A program made the translations under genes and the position numbers. Positions 9,063-17,807 of a stretch of 64,000 nt of DNA are shown here, one piece after another. This DNA comes from an uncultured Bacteroidota bacterium (GTDB taxonomy: Bacteria; Bacteroidota; Bacteroidia; JABEUT01): the NCBI GenBank assembly GCA_903863935.1, contig CAIPDV010000049.1:1893-65892 (forward strand), read 5' to 3'. Numbering within the stretch: the first letter of the stretch is position 1; every line of letters starts with the position of its first letter. The notes under the pieces were generated by a model. It saw nothing but the letters and a program-made list of their open reading frames with translations, was not told the origin of the DNA and ran no database searches.

Positions 9063-9240
9063 TAATCCAGAAGGGATGCCAGTATTATAGCAATGATAGT
9101 ATAGGTCGTTTTGTAACCCCGAAGGGATGTCAGTATTATGGTAATGATAGTATAGGTCGTTTTTTAAATCCCGAAGGGATGGTAGTATTATAGCAATGAT
9201 AGTATAGGTTGTTTGGTAACCCCGAAGGGGTGAAATTATA
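9063..9240. repeat. 51-52 bp tandem repeat, about 3.3 copies
   Basis: The unit ..cc(a/c)gaagggatg.cagtattatagcaatgatagtataggtcgtttt.. starts at 9066, 9117, 9169 and, as a partial copy, 9220. Confidence 0.8.
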
Positions 9241-9249
9241 ATAAAAGTA

Positions 9250-9288
9250 AAATAAATAAAAAACCCCGACTTATCAGTCAGGGTTTTT
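9250..9288 (-). terminator. intrinsic terminator of nrdJ
   Basis: On the minus strand: aaccctgac-tgataa-gtcggggtt followed by ttttttatttatt. Confidence 0.6.
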
Positions 9289-9315
9289 ATAAATCAACAA
9301 TATGAATTTATTATC

Positions 9316-11883
9316 TCAACCACACTTGGTGTGTCCGCAACTGGTGCATTTCAGGCAACCTTCTTCATAGATGAGTCCTTCATCTCCGCATTGAGGGCAG
9401 GTTCTGTCTTTGCTGCTCTTGGTTCCGTTTGGTATATATTTCTTCAAGGCTCTTTCAACACCGGCTTTCCAGGTATTAATTGAGTCGTCATAAAGACTAA
9501 GATTTCCAATCAGGTCTACTACTTGTGGTATTGGCATTCCGTGGCGCAATACACCCGAAATCAATTTAGCGTAGTTCCAGAATTCTTTATCAAACAAACG
9601 TGACAGACCTTCAATAGTGACACTGTAACCATCTTTATCAGTAAAACGGAAATCGTAACGGTTTTTCTTTCCGTCAACACCTTTGCTCTTAATTACTAAC
9701 CCATCCTTCACCCAACTTGGAAGGTTAAATACATCTTCTGCTTTACCGGTAAATATTTCGTAAGGTTTATCGTTCAATACACCTACAACCGCAATCCATT
9801 TTTCAGTTCCGTTCATAAAACGGATTACATCTGCTTTTAATTCAGTTGGGCGTTTTGGAGCATGAGTCTCCAGGATCTGGGTTGCAGATTTTGGTTTTTC
9901 TTTCTCTTCATTTGAAACAAGCACTCCACTGCGTGAACCATCACGATATACGGTGATTCCTTTCAGGCCATGTTTCCATGCTTCCACATAAATCTCTCCA
10001 ACCTTATCAACCGGAACATCGTTCGGAAGATTGATTGTTGAACTAATAGAGTGGGTAGTATATTTTTGAACAAGTGACTGTAATTCTACACGTTTAATCC
10101 AATCGATTTCAGGAGCAGTTGAACCATAATAAGGGCATTCCGTAATATCGGTTTTGCCGGTTATGTCCATCCATGTTTTTACTTTGGAGTGATATACCAC
10201 AAACTCTTGCCATTTGTCGCCCATCTTGTCGGTAAAGTCAACGGTAGCATCTTTATCGTTCGGGTTGATCTTCCTTCTTCTTTTATAAGAAAGCATATAA
10301 ACAGGTTCAAGCCCTGATGATGTTTGTGCAAGGATACTTAAGCTGCCTGTCGGAGCAACAGTGCTGATAGAAATATTCCTTCTTCCAAACTTCATCATGC
10401 GTTTGTATACATCAGGTAATTCTTTTTGAAGCATTTGTACAAACTCGGAAGTATTCTCGATCTTTTCACTAAAGCCTTCAAAGCTGCCACGTTCAATAGC
10501 CATATCTATAGAGCTGGTGAACTCAGCATCGCATTTGGTCTTCATGATCTTGTCAATCTCTTGCATTGCTGCCGGAGAGTTGAATTGCATATTGAGGGCA
10601 GCCATGGCATCACCCAATGCAGTAAATCCTAAGCCAGTCCTTCTGCCTTTCTTTCCTGCATCCTGCAATAGTTTCCAGGTATCCAATTCAATTTGTTTAA
10701 TAGCGGAAGGTTCTTTATCACTTTCTACTTTTGCCAGTATCTTTTCTATTGACTCCAATTCCAAATCAACTAAGTCGTCCATCAAACGTTGTGATTCGTA
10801 TGTTACTTCATAGAATTTCTTGTAGTCAAATGAAGCATCTTTGGTAAATGGTTTTTCAACAAAATTATACAGGTTCATTGCAATAAGTCTGCAACTGTCA
10901 CCGCCCTGCATTGCAATTTCCGAGCAAGGGTTGGTAGATACGTTTTTGAAACCGGGATATACTGAAGATGTAGAATATTTATGTTGTCTGTCCCAGAAGA
11001 TCAATCCGGGTTCAGCACTTTGGTGCGCACATTTAATAATGGTGTTCCACAGATCACGAGCCTTTACTGTTTTTGTTATTTCTGGCTTTGCCGATTCTAT
11101 TGGGAAACGGTGAGTATATTCAGCATCGTTAACCACAGCATCCATAAACTCATCGGACAAACGAACGGAGATATTAGCACCTGTAATTTTGCTAAGGTCT
11201 TGCTTAATAGTTACAAATTGTTCTACATCAGGGTGAGCAATATCAATGGTGATCATTAACGCACCACGACGGCCGTTTTGAGCTACTTCGCGTGTTGTGT
11301 TTGAAAAACGTTCCATAAATGAAACAGCTCCTGTTGTGGTTCCTGCTGCATTGTTTACAATACAACCGGAAGGACGAAGGGTTGAGATATCAATACCTAC
11401 ACCGCAACGTCTTTTAAAGAGTTGGGTTAATTGCTGGTCAGTGTACATAACACCTCCGTATGAATCATAAATCTCAGGTAATACAACACAGTTAGACAAG
11501 GAAGCAATCACATGCTTGTTACCAAGACCGAACATTACACTGCCTTGTGGTATCACATATTTAAAGTCTTTGAACAAATCAAAAATCTTTTCTTCTGAAA
11601 GGAATTCCCTTTTTTGTCCGTATTCGGAAAGGTGTGCAAAAGCACCATTCATAGCTGATATTTCAGCATACTCTTTTTCTTTACGGGCAAATTCATGTGC
11701 CATACGCTTATGCATATCGTCCGGGGTTTTTTCCAGAACATTGCCATTCTTATCGCGCAATGCATATTTATTCACCCAGGTGGATGCAGCTAATTCATCT
11801 CCGCCGAAATATTTGGTAGATGCTTTTTTTATTTCATCTGCATCAAGCATTGTTTTTGTTTTGTTTAAAGTATTTTGTGCCAT
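9316..11883 (-). CDS. nrdJ: class II (adenosylcobalamin-dependent) ribonucleotide reductase
   Basis: 855 aa. Active-site TNPCSEI. C-terminal zinc ribbon CPQCG...CLKCTSCGHTKCG. Confidence 0.9.
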   Translation of the reverse strand: MAQNTLNKTKTMLDADEIKKASTKYFGGDELAASTWVNKYALRDKNGNVLEKTPDDMHKRMAHEFARKEKEYAEISAMNGAFAHLSEYGQKREFLSEEKIFDLFKDFKYVIPQGSVMFGLGNKHVIASLSNCVVLPEIYDSYGGVMYTDQQLTQLFKRRCGVGIDISTLRPSGCIVNNAAGTTTGAVSFMERFSNTTREVAQNGRRGALMITIDIAHPDVEQFVTIKQDLSKITGANISVRLSDEFMDAVVNDAEYTHRFPIESAKPEITKTVKARDLWNTIIKCAHQSAEPGLIFWDRQHKYSTSSVYPGFKNVSTNPCSEIAMQGGDSCRLIAMNLYNFVEKPFTKDASFDYKKFYEVTYESQRLMDDLVDLELESIEKILAKVESDKEPSAIKQIELDTWKLLQDAGKKGRRTGLGFTALGDAMAALNMQFNSPAAMQEIDKIMKTKCDAEFTSSIDMAIERGSFEGFSEKIENTSEFVQMLQKELPDVYKRMMKFGRRNISISTVAPTGSLSILAQTSSGLEPVYMLSYKRRRKINPNDKDATVDFTDKMGDKWQEFVVYHSKVKTWMDITGKTDITECPYYGSTAPEIDWIKRVELQSLVQKYTTHSISSTINLPNDVPVDKVGEIYVEAWKHGLKGITVYRDGSRSGVLVSNEEKEKPKSATQILETHAPKRPTELKADVIRFMNGTEKWIAVVGVLNDKPYEIFTGKAEDVFNLPSWVKDGLVIKSKGVDGKKNRYDFRFTDKDGYSVTIEGLSRLFDKEFWNYAKLISGVLRHGMPIPQVVDLIGNLSLYDDSINTWKAGVERALKKYIPNGTKSSKDRTCPQCGDEGLIYEEGCLKCTSCGHTKCG

Positions 11884-11939
11884 ATCGAAAAAAGGTTAGT
11901 GTCGTGTTTTGTTTTTCTGTTTTTTTTAAAACGTATCTG

Positions 11940-11947
11940 CAAATCTA
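11940..11947 (-). promoter_or_regulatory. candidate Bacteroidota -7 box (TAGATTTG) for nrdJ
   Basis: Matches TAnnTTTG and lies about 57 nt upstream of the ATG. No convincing -33 element. Confidence 0.25.
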
Positions 11948-12064
11948 TGTTCTCATCTTTTTTACCGACGGGTGCATGTTGCATAGTTTTTAACACCGTT
12001 ATTAACATCCCCCTCAAAACACATACCAGTTAAGCCTTTTAAGAGTTATGAAGATTTTTCAACA

Positions 12065-13294
12065 TTACTGATTGTTCATAATTAATAATTCAATATCATT
12101 ATAAGGAATGTTATAAGTTTCGCCCAAATATTTACTCGTAAGTATTCCCCTGTATATATAAACACCATTCCGCAAATACATATCTTTTTTTATGAGGCTT
12201 TCGAAACCGCCAACATCACCCGCTTTTTGGAGTATCGGAGTAAAAATATTACTGAAAGCAATCGAGGCAGTTCTCGAAACACGCGACGCAATATTCGGAA
12301 CACAGTAATGTGTAACTCCATGTTTTCTGAAAACCGGGTCGGAGTGATTTGTAACATGGGAAGTTTCAAAACAGCCTCCTTGATCAATACTTACATCTAC
12401 AATAACAGAACCTACTTTCATATCTGTCACCATTTGTTCGGTAACAACCATTGGGGTTATACCTGCATTTGCGCGGATAGCACCAATTACGACATCAGCT
12501 GTTTTAAGATGGCGAGCCAGAACTCGTGGACGAATGGTAGAGGTGAATATCCTAGTGCCAATCATCACTTGCAATCTGCGCAGTCTGTATATTGAATTAT
12601 CAAAAACTTTTACCAATGCACCGCGTCCCATGGCAGCACGGGCTGCGAATTCTCCAACAGTTCCTGCACCTAAAATTACTACGTCGGTTGGTGCAATACC
12701 CGAAACTCCACCCATAATAAGGCCCGGTCCATTGTGCACATTACTTAAATACTCTTCAGCTATAGAGATGGATGTACCGCCCACAATCTCGCTCATAGAG
12801 CGGATCACAGGGAATATACCGGCTTCATCACGAAGTGAATCAAAGGCAATGGCGTTTATTTTTTTCTCCATCAGATACTTCAGGAAGTCCTTCGGTTGAA
12901 CCGAAAGCTGCAATGCAGATATAAGTGTTTGACCAGGATGCATCATCTCAATCTCATTAATGAGAGGAGGTGTAACCTTTAAAATAACATCGGCTTTATA
13001 AACTTCATTCGCATTGTATGCTATCTGGCATCCGGCTTCGCTGAAATCGGTATCTTCAAAGTGGGCGTTCTTGCCGGCATTGGTTTCAACCAATACCTTA
13101 TGCCCGTGGTTTACGAGCAAAGCTGCATCGTCCGGTACAAGGGCAATGCGGTTCTCCTGGTAGGATATTTCCTTCGGGATACCTATTGAAAGGCTGCCTT
13201 TTTTATGCCCCACTTCCAGCATCTCTTCCTGGGTTGCAAGGGCACCCATTGTTAAAGTTCTCATTACATCTTTGTAACTCATTGTTTCATGCAT
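12065..13294 (-). CDS. ald: alanine dehydrogenase / PNT-family NAD(H)-dependent dehydrogenase
   Basis: 409 aa. IGIPKEISYQENRIALVPDDAALLVNHGHKVLVETNAG and the Rossmann motif VVILGAGTVG. Confidence 0.75.
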   Translation of the reverse strand: MHETMSYKDVMRTLTMGALATQEEMLEVGHKKGSLSIGIPKEISYQENRIALVPDDAALLVNHGHKVLVETNAGKNAHFEDTDFSEAGCQIAYNANEVYKADVILKVTPPLINEIEMMHPGQTLISALQLSVQPKDFLKYLMEKKINAIAFDSLRDEAGIFPVIRSMSEIVGGTSISIAEEYLSNVHNGPGLIMGGVSGIAPTDVVILGAGTVGEFAARAAMGRGALVKVFDNSIYRLRRLQVMIGTRIFTSTIRPRVLARHLKTADVVIGAIRANAGITPMVVTEQMVTDMKVGSVIVDVSIDQGGCFETSHVTNHSDPVFRKHGVTHYCVPNIASRVSRTASIAFSNIFTPILQKAGDVGGFESLIKKDMYLRNGVYIYRGILTSKYLGETYNIPYNDIELLIMNNQ

Positions 13295-13342
13295 TAAGGG
13301 GTTTAATATAGACGGTTAAGAGTGGGTATTGCTTTGGTTTCC

Positions 13343-13475
13343 TTGCCCCAAACCCGCCGTAGGCGGACTTTGAGGAATGCTATGTCCGTCATTGCGAGGA
13401 ACGAAGCAATCTCTGCCGTAATGGGTATAAACAATCTCATCGTAATAGAGATTGCTTCGTTCCTCGCAATGACGA
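13343..13475 (+). repeat. palindromic element (gtcattgcgagg.acgaagcaatctc family), copy A
   Basis: 26-bp inverted repeat at 13388-13413 / 13448-13473, plus a ccgccgtaggcgg hairpin. Confidence 0.75.
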
Positions 13476-13505
13476 AGGGCGTGTTAATATGGAATAGTTC
13501 ATAGC

Positions 13506-13934
13506 TCATAGTATATCGTTCACCCATATCTCCCGGTCTCCGTTCGTATTTACTTCAATTTTAATTTCTGCGGCATTGGGGGGAACGAGTCCGGGAATTT
13601 TTTCAGGCCATTCTATAAAGCAGTAGTTGCCTGAATAAAAATATTCTTCATATCCTATATCATAGGCTTCCTGAATATCTTTTATCCGGTAAAAGTCGAA
13701 ATGATAGACCACAGAGTTGTCGGCGTACTCGTATTCATTCACCAACGAAAAGGTGGGACTGCTGATTCCGGCTGTTACCCCTAATACTTTACAAATATAC
13801 TTTATAAAGGTGGTTTTGCCAACCCCCATCTCACCCGAAAATATGAACACCCGAATGTTCTTAAAATCACCCAATAAAACCTGTGCTGCCCGCTCTAATT
13901 CTTCTTCCTTGCGGACCGTACAAAGTAACCTCAT
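13506..13934 (-). CDS. tsaE: tRNA t6A37 biosynthesis ATPase TsaE
   Basis: 142 aa. P-loop GEMGVGKTTFIK and HFDFYR. Confidence 0.88.
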   Translation of the reverse strand: MRLLCTVRKEEELERAAQVLLGDFKNIRVFIFSGEMGVGKTTFIKYICKVLGVTAGISSPTFSLVNEYEYADNSVVYHFDFYRIKDIQEAYDIGYEEYFYSGNYCFIEWPEKIPGLVPPNAAEIKIEVNTNGDREIWVNDIL

Positions 13935-13962
13935 TGTTGCTTGTTATTTAGGAATTTTTTCT

Positions 13963-14098
13963 GGCCCCGAACCCCTAAAGGCCTCTGTTCGTCATTGCGA
14001 GGCACGAAGCAATCTCTGTTACTATAGAGATTGCTTCGCCGAGCCTCGCAATGACGTTAACACGACTCAAAGTCCGCCTTAGGCGAGATTTGGGGCGA
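13963..14098 (-). repeat. palindromic element, copy B, inverted relative to copy A
   Basis: Its reverse complement aligns with copy A through ccccaaa..cgcc.aaggcggactttgag...gtcattgcgagg. Confidence 0.75.
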
Positions 14099-14109
14099 AA
14101 CTATTCAAC

Positions 14110-15669
14110 CTATTTAGGCGACAAAGCTACAAAAGGTATTATCATTTCCTCTAATGAAATGCCACCGTGTTGGAAAGTATTCCTATAGTAACTAACATAG
14201 TGGTTGAAGTTGTTAGGGTAAGCGAAAAACTTATTTTCCTTAATAAAGAGGAATATGCTGCTGACATGCGTGCGAGGCAAAAATGCATCGGACGGATTTT
14301 TGAGCATAAACACATCCTTATTCTGATAGGTAAGGCTCTTACCTTGCTTATAACGCAGGTTGGTAGTAGTGTTCTTGTCTCCAATAACCTTAGATGGTTC
14401 ACCGACTTTAATAGTGCCATGATCGGTGGTGATGTACATTTTGCCACCAACTGCCCTTATGTTCTTAATAATATCACGCAGAGGGCTATGGTTGAACCAT
14501 GATAAGGTCAGGGAACGATAAGCCGCATCATCGCTGGCTAACTCGCGGATAACCTCCATCTCGGTGCGGGCATGGGAAAGGGTATCAACAAAGTTGTAGA
14601 CGATAGCATTGAGCTTATTGTTTGCTGCAAGGCTATGGATATTATCGGCCAGGCGTTTGCCAGCTTCAAAGTTGGTTATCTTATTGTAGGAATACTTGAT
14701 ATTCTTACCGGAACGTCTTAAGAGTCCTTCTAAAAACTCAGCTTCGTGCAGGTTTTTACCGCCTTCATCCTCATCGTTCTGCCATTTTCCGGGATACATT
14801 TTTTCAATCTCCGATGGCATCAGTCCGGCAAACAGGGCATTACGTGCATACTGTGTGCAAGTAGGAAGAATTGCAAAATACATTTCTTCCTTTTCCACTT
14901 TAAAGTCTTCCTCTATAACCGGTTGGAGGAGTTTCCACTGGTCGTAACGTAGGTTATCGATTACTACAACGAACACAGGACGGCTTTCATTTTCAATATT
15001 GGGTAGCACCTTGGTTTTAAGAAGTGTGTGTGACATAGTAGGTATATCTTTAGCACCTTGCTTGAACCAGTTTACATAGTTCTTTTCAATATACTTGCTG
15101 AACAAGGTATTCGCCTCCGACTTTTGCATTGATAGGATTTCCTTCATGCCGGGGTCGCCTGATTTTTCAAGTTCCAGTTCCCAGAACACCAACTTTTTAT
15201 ATACGTCTTCCCATTCCTTAATACTCAGGTTATCGGAAAGGGACATACTTATATTGCGGAAATCCTGTTGGTAGTTGCTAGTAGTTTTCTCGCTGATGAG
15301 CCTGTTCTTATCGATATTCTTTTTGATAGAAAGCAAAATCTGCCCAGGGTTTACGGGCTTAATAAGGTAATCGGAGATTTGGGAGCCTATAGCGTTATCC
15401 ATAATGGCTTCCTCCTCACTTTTCGTTATCATTATAATAGGAACGTTGCGGTTCAGGTTTTTGATTTTACCCAAAGTCTCCAATCCGGAGAGGCCCGGCA
15501 TATTCTCGTCCAAAAACACCAAATCGAATGGTGCTTTGCCAAACTCATCCACCGCATCGTTGCCATTCGTAACAGTCTTTACATTAAAACCTTTGTCTTG
15601 TAAATATAAAAGATGGGGCTTGAGGAGATCTATCTCGTCATCGGCCCAGAGGATACTGATTTTGTCCAT
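14110..15669 (-). CDS. porX: response regulator with a C-terminal PglZ/alkaline-phosphatase-like domain (PorX-type T9SS regulator)
   Basis: Receiver domain ILWADDEIDLL...DLVFLDENMPGLSG...ITKS, followed by about 390 aa of PglZ-like sequence. The likely start is MDKISILW at 15669; the track extends to 15723. Confidence 0.75.
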   Translation of the reverse strand: MDKISILWADDEIDLLKPHLLYLQDKGFNVKTVTNGNDAVDEFGKAPFDLVFLDENMPGLSGLETLGKIKNLNRNVPIIMITKSEEEAIMDNAIGSQISDYLIKPVNPGQILLSIKKNIDKNRLISEKTTSNYQQDFRNISMSLSDNLSIKEWEDVYKKLVFWELELEKSGDPGMKEILSMQKSEANTLFSKYIEKNYVNWFKQGAKDIPTMSHTLLKTKVLPNIENESRPVFVVVIDNLRYDQWKLLQPVIEEDFKVEKEEMYFAILPTCTQYARNALFAGLMPSEIEKMYPGKWQNDEDEGGKNLHEAEFLEGLLRRSGKNIKYSYNKITNFEAGKRLADNIHSLAANNKLNAIVYNFVDTLSHARTEMEVIRELASDDAAYRSLTLSWFNHSPLRDIIKNIRAVGGKMYITTDHGTIKVGEPSKVIGDKNTTTNLRYKQGKSLTYQNKDVFMLKNPSDAFLPRTHVSSIFLFIKENKFFAYPNNFNHYVSYYRNTFQHGGISLEEMIIPFVALSPK

Positions 15670-15869
15670 AGGTGTAGTTTGAGTTTGTAAAGTTAATAAA
15701 GAGAACCACAACATCTGCCCCATCCTTTCCCTTCCCCAAGCGGGGAAGGCATTTCTTTTGTGCTTTGTCGCATCAAAAGTGCAGGTTCAAATGTCTTAGT
15801 AGAGCTACTGTATAGTTGTGTGGTTTTTTAGGTATCCTCGTTTATGTTAAACGAATAAGTACAAAGATA

Positions 15870-15917
15870 GTTGCATTTACATAACAAAAATAGGGGAGGG
15901 TGATAAAAGATGTTAAA
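15870..15917. repeat. 48-bp direct repeat, copy 1
   Basis: gttgcatttacataacaaaaataggggagggtgataaaagatgttaaa. 44 of 48 positions match copy 2. Confidence 0.8.
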
Positions 15918-16042
15918 TTTTTGCCCCTTCCCTTCCTTCCCCTAGATGGGAAGGCGTAACTTAAGCATCCTAAATAGGCAAAGCCTGAACCCGCACCAAG
16001 ACATGTCTCCCCAAAAAGGGGAGATAAAGAGGGGATGACTGG

Positions 16043-16090
16043 GTTGCATTTACATACCAAAAATAGGAGAGGGTGATAAAAAGTGTTAAA
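16043..16090. repeat. 48-bp direct repeat, copy 2
   Basis: It overlaps the stop codon of the 16086-17111 gene. Confidence 0.8.
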
Positions 16091-17111
16091 AAGACGTTAC
16101 CCAAGCGTGGTCACGATGTACAGTATATTTCTTTATAAACTCGCCAGTCCAGGGGTTAAAAGCCCAGTAGTCGGTATATGAATTTATTTTATCCCCCCGT
16201 AAAACTTTTTTTCTTTCTCGTTTCGAAAGTCTTTTGCGGCATTCCACAACCATCCTGAAGTTTCCGTTATAAATTTTCGAGGCACTGTCTTTTATTTGAT
16301 TCCATTCAAGGTCGCAGGAAATCAGATAAGAATTTTTTGCGGGGAGCCCATATTTATGGGCTATCTCTATTGCTTGCTTTGTTGTTAACTTAAAATCGTG
16401 AATAGCAGTATCTACTTTTTCAAAGCCCTGATTATATATTTTCTCTCCATTATCCATCCACCCATGTTTTGGTAAAATGTTTCCGTTCCTATCAAGAATA
16501 ATTTGGATTCCTTCTTCAAAAACTCCGCCATGGTAATAAACATCATAACGAATATTAAATTCTGTTGCCGTAATAGACCCTTTTTTTTCATCACGCAACC
16601 ATTCATTGGCAAATGTGCCATTATTAAAATAATACGAACTTATATTCCATTTAACATGTTCATTGAAAAACTTCAGTCCGTAAATCGATTGCACTATCGA
16701 GTCGCCTTTCAGCTTCATGGCTTTTAAAAGGGTATAATTTGGATAATCACTAGTGTCGGCCGGTGTCCAATTCCTGTTATCATAATCCATGGTTAACTTT
16801 AGGTTCCCCGTTTTGTCAAAAACTTTGCCAATACCAACAAGGGCATATGTTGCTGAATCCCTATAGTCATCATATTCCGTAATTGCAGTGTCGCCATAAT
16901 AAAAGCCGGTAGTATGTATTAAATGTCTTCTGTAAGTCCGTTCTTCAACCAATTTGCTTTTATAAGTAATTTTTCCGGTTGAATGATCTTTATCCCAATA
17001 AAAGGTCGCTTCAATAACAGAGGAATCAGTTTTTGTAATACGTGTTGTATCTTGACCTTCGGTATTAATTTGCAGAAGAACAAAAATAAAAAAGATAAAC
17101 CCTGATTTCAT
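16086..17111 (-). CDS. secreted hypothetical protein (paralogue of 18345-19112)
   Basis: Likely start MKSGFIFFIFVLLQINTEGQ (signal peptide). The C-terminal ~200 aa align with the paralogue (NGNILPKHGWMDNGEKIYNQGFEKVDTAIHDFKLTTKQAIEIA). Confidence 0.65.
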   Translation of the reverse strand: MKSGFIFFIFVLLQINTEGQDTTRITKTDSSVIEATFYWDKDHSTGKITYKSKLVEERTYRRHLIHTTGFYYGDTAITEYDDYRDSATYALVGIGKVFDKTGNLKLTMDYDNRNWTPADTSDYPNYTLLKAMKLKGDSIVQSIYGLKFFNEHVKWNISSYYFNNGTFANEWLRDEKKGSITATEFNIRYDVYYHGGVFEEGIQIILDRNGNILPKHGWMDNGEKIYNQGFEKVDTAIHDFKLTTKQAIEIAHKYGLPAKNSYLISCDLEWNQIKDSASKIYNGNFRMVVECRKRLSKRERKKVLRGDKINSYTDYWAFNPWTGEFIKKYTVHRDHAWVTSF

Positions 17112-17180
17112 TAAATCTGTTAAACGTGGAAAAGGAAACAATATTACTTTGGTCTTATGGCACCCCATCAATCCCATGCA

Positions 17181-17222
17181 TTTTTGCGTCCACCTTTGGC
17201 GGATGCTCCATGTATAATTTGG
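17181..17222 (+). repeat. 42-bp direct repeat, copy 1 (ggcggatgctccatgtataattt core)
   Basis: tttttgcgtccacctttggcggatgctccatgtataatttgg. Confidence 0.8.
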
Positions 17223-17229
17223 ACTGGCA

Positions 17230-17538
17230 CTATTTTTTCAAACGGTCTTCCCAATTCTCTGGGTGGCGGGATGTATGAAAAACGGCAATTACTTTTATAA
17301 ATTTATTCTCAACAAGAAAATGAATTCCAAAAGGGAAGCGTTCAATATAAGCTATTCTTATTTTTTTGTATTGCGTTTTGTATTGCTTCGGATTTCTTAT
17401 TATACGATTGAACTCTGCTTCGAGGCATAATTCAAAGTCCAAGCCTAATCCTACTCTTGCAGACTCGTACCAAAGAAAAGAATCTAAAATATCGGCATTT
17501 GCCTCATCAGAAATTAGAAGAGAATAGCCTTATTTCAT
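17230..17538 (-). pseudogene. ParE/RelE-family toxin with an in-frame TAA at codon 3
   Basis: ATG(17538) AAA TAA, then GYSLLISDEANADILDSFLWYESARVGLGLDFELCLEAEFNRIIRNPKQY...FPFGIHFLVENKFIKVIAVFHTSRHPENW. This is full-length ParE-like. The track ORF begins at an internal TTG (17442). Confidence 0.65.
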
Positions 17539-17742
17539 TTATTTGTGGAGGTTCTTTTTCACTTCATCCCAGGTAAAAAATTTGGTTTCACCTCTTTTCA
17601 TTCGGGCCAACCTTTTATCTAATTCCTTTTTATGAGAATCTTTAATAGTAATTTCGTTTGAAGGAATGCTGTTCCAAACTTCCTCAAGGAGTAAAAGCCT
17701 TTCTGCCGTACTTAGTTTAAGGATATTTTGAATATTATTCAT
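17539..17742 (-). CDS. putative addiction-module antitoxin component
   Basis: MNNIQNILKLSTAERLLLLEEVWNSIP... resembles the TIGR02574/Unstab_antitox type. Its stop abuts the toxin ATG. Confidence 0.6.
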   Translation of the reverse strand: MNNIQNILKLSTAERLLLLEEVWNSIPSNEITIKDSHKKELDKRLARMKRGETKFFTWDEVKKNLHK

Positions 17743-17807
17743 ACAATGAGAGTATAGAATACAAAGGTAGGAAAAATCTTTTTCTATCATTTATCAATCC
17801 CCCTGTA

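Larger units (their letters stand above)
8128..9240. mobile_element. RAYT-like transposase locus with flanking REP/REPIN-like hairpin arrays
   Basis: See the component features. The same repeat modules occur in the same order on both sides of the gene. Confidence 0.6.

Noticed and set aside
9063-9240. Possible CRISPR array (regularly spaced GC-rich hairpin motif)
   Set aside because: The whole 51-52 bp unit is repeated, including the would-be spacer. There are no unique spacers and no cas genes, so it is a plain tandem repeat.
9316-11883. Intein or insertion in NrdJ (such genes often host inteins)
   Set aside because: The length (855 aa) and the continuous conserved motifs fit an uninterrupted class II RNR. 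No Cys/Ser...His-Asn splice junction pattern is present.
11884-12064. Cobalamin riboswitch or NrdR box upstream of nrdJ
   Set aside because: The leader appears short (about 50 nt from the candidate -7 box). I could find neither a B12-box-like core nor the acacwAtATaTwgtgt palindrome.
13303-13527. ORF-track ORFs 13303-13527 (-) and 13322-13504 (+)
   Set aside because: They are mirror-image ORFs generated by the long palindromic repeat (peptides of the VIARNEAIS type). They lie in the ald-tsaE gap and show no coding signal.
15842-16060. 72-aa ORF on the minus strand
   Set aside because: It lies entirely within the 48-bp repeats and ccttcccc hairpins. It is a low-complexity artefact.
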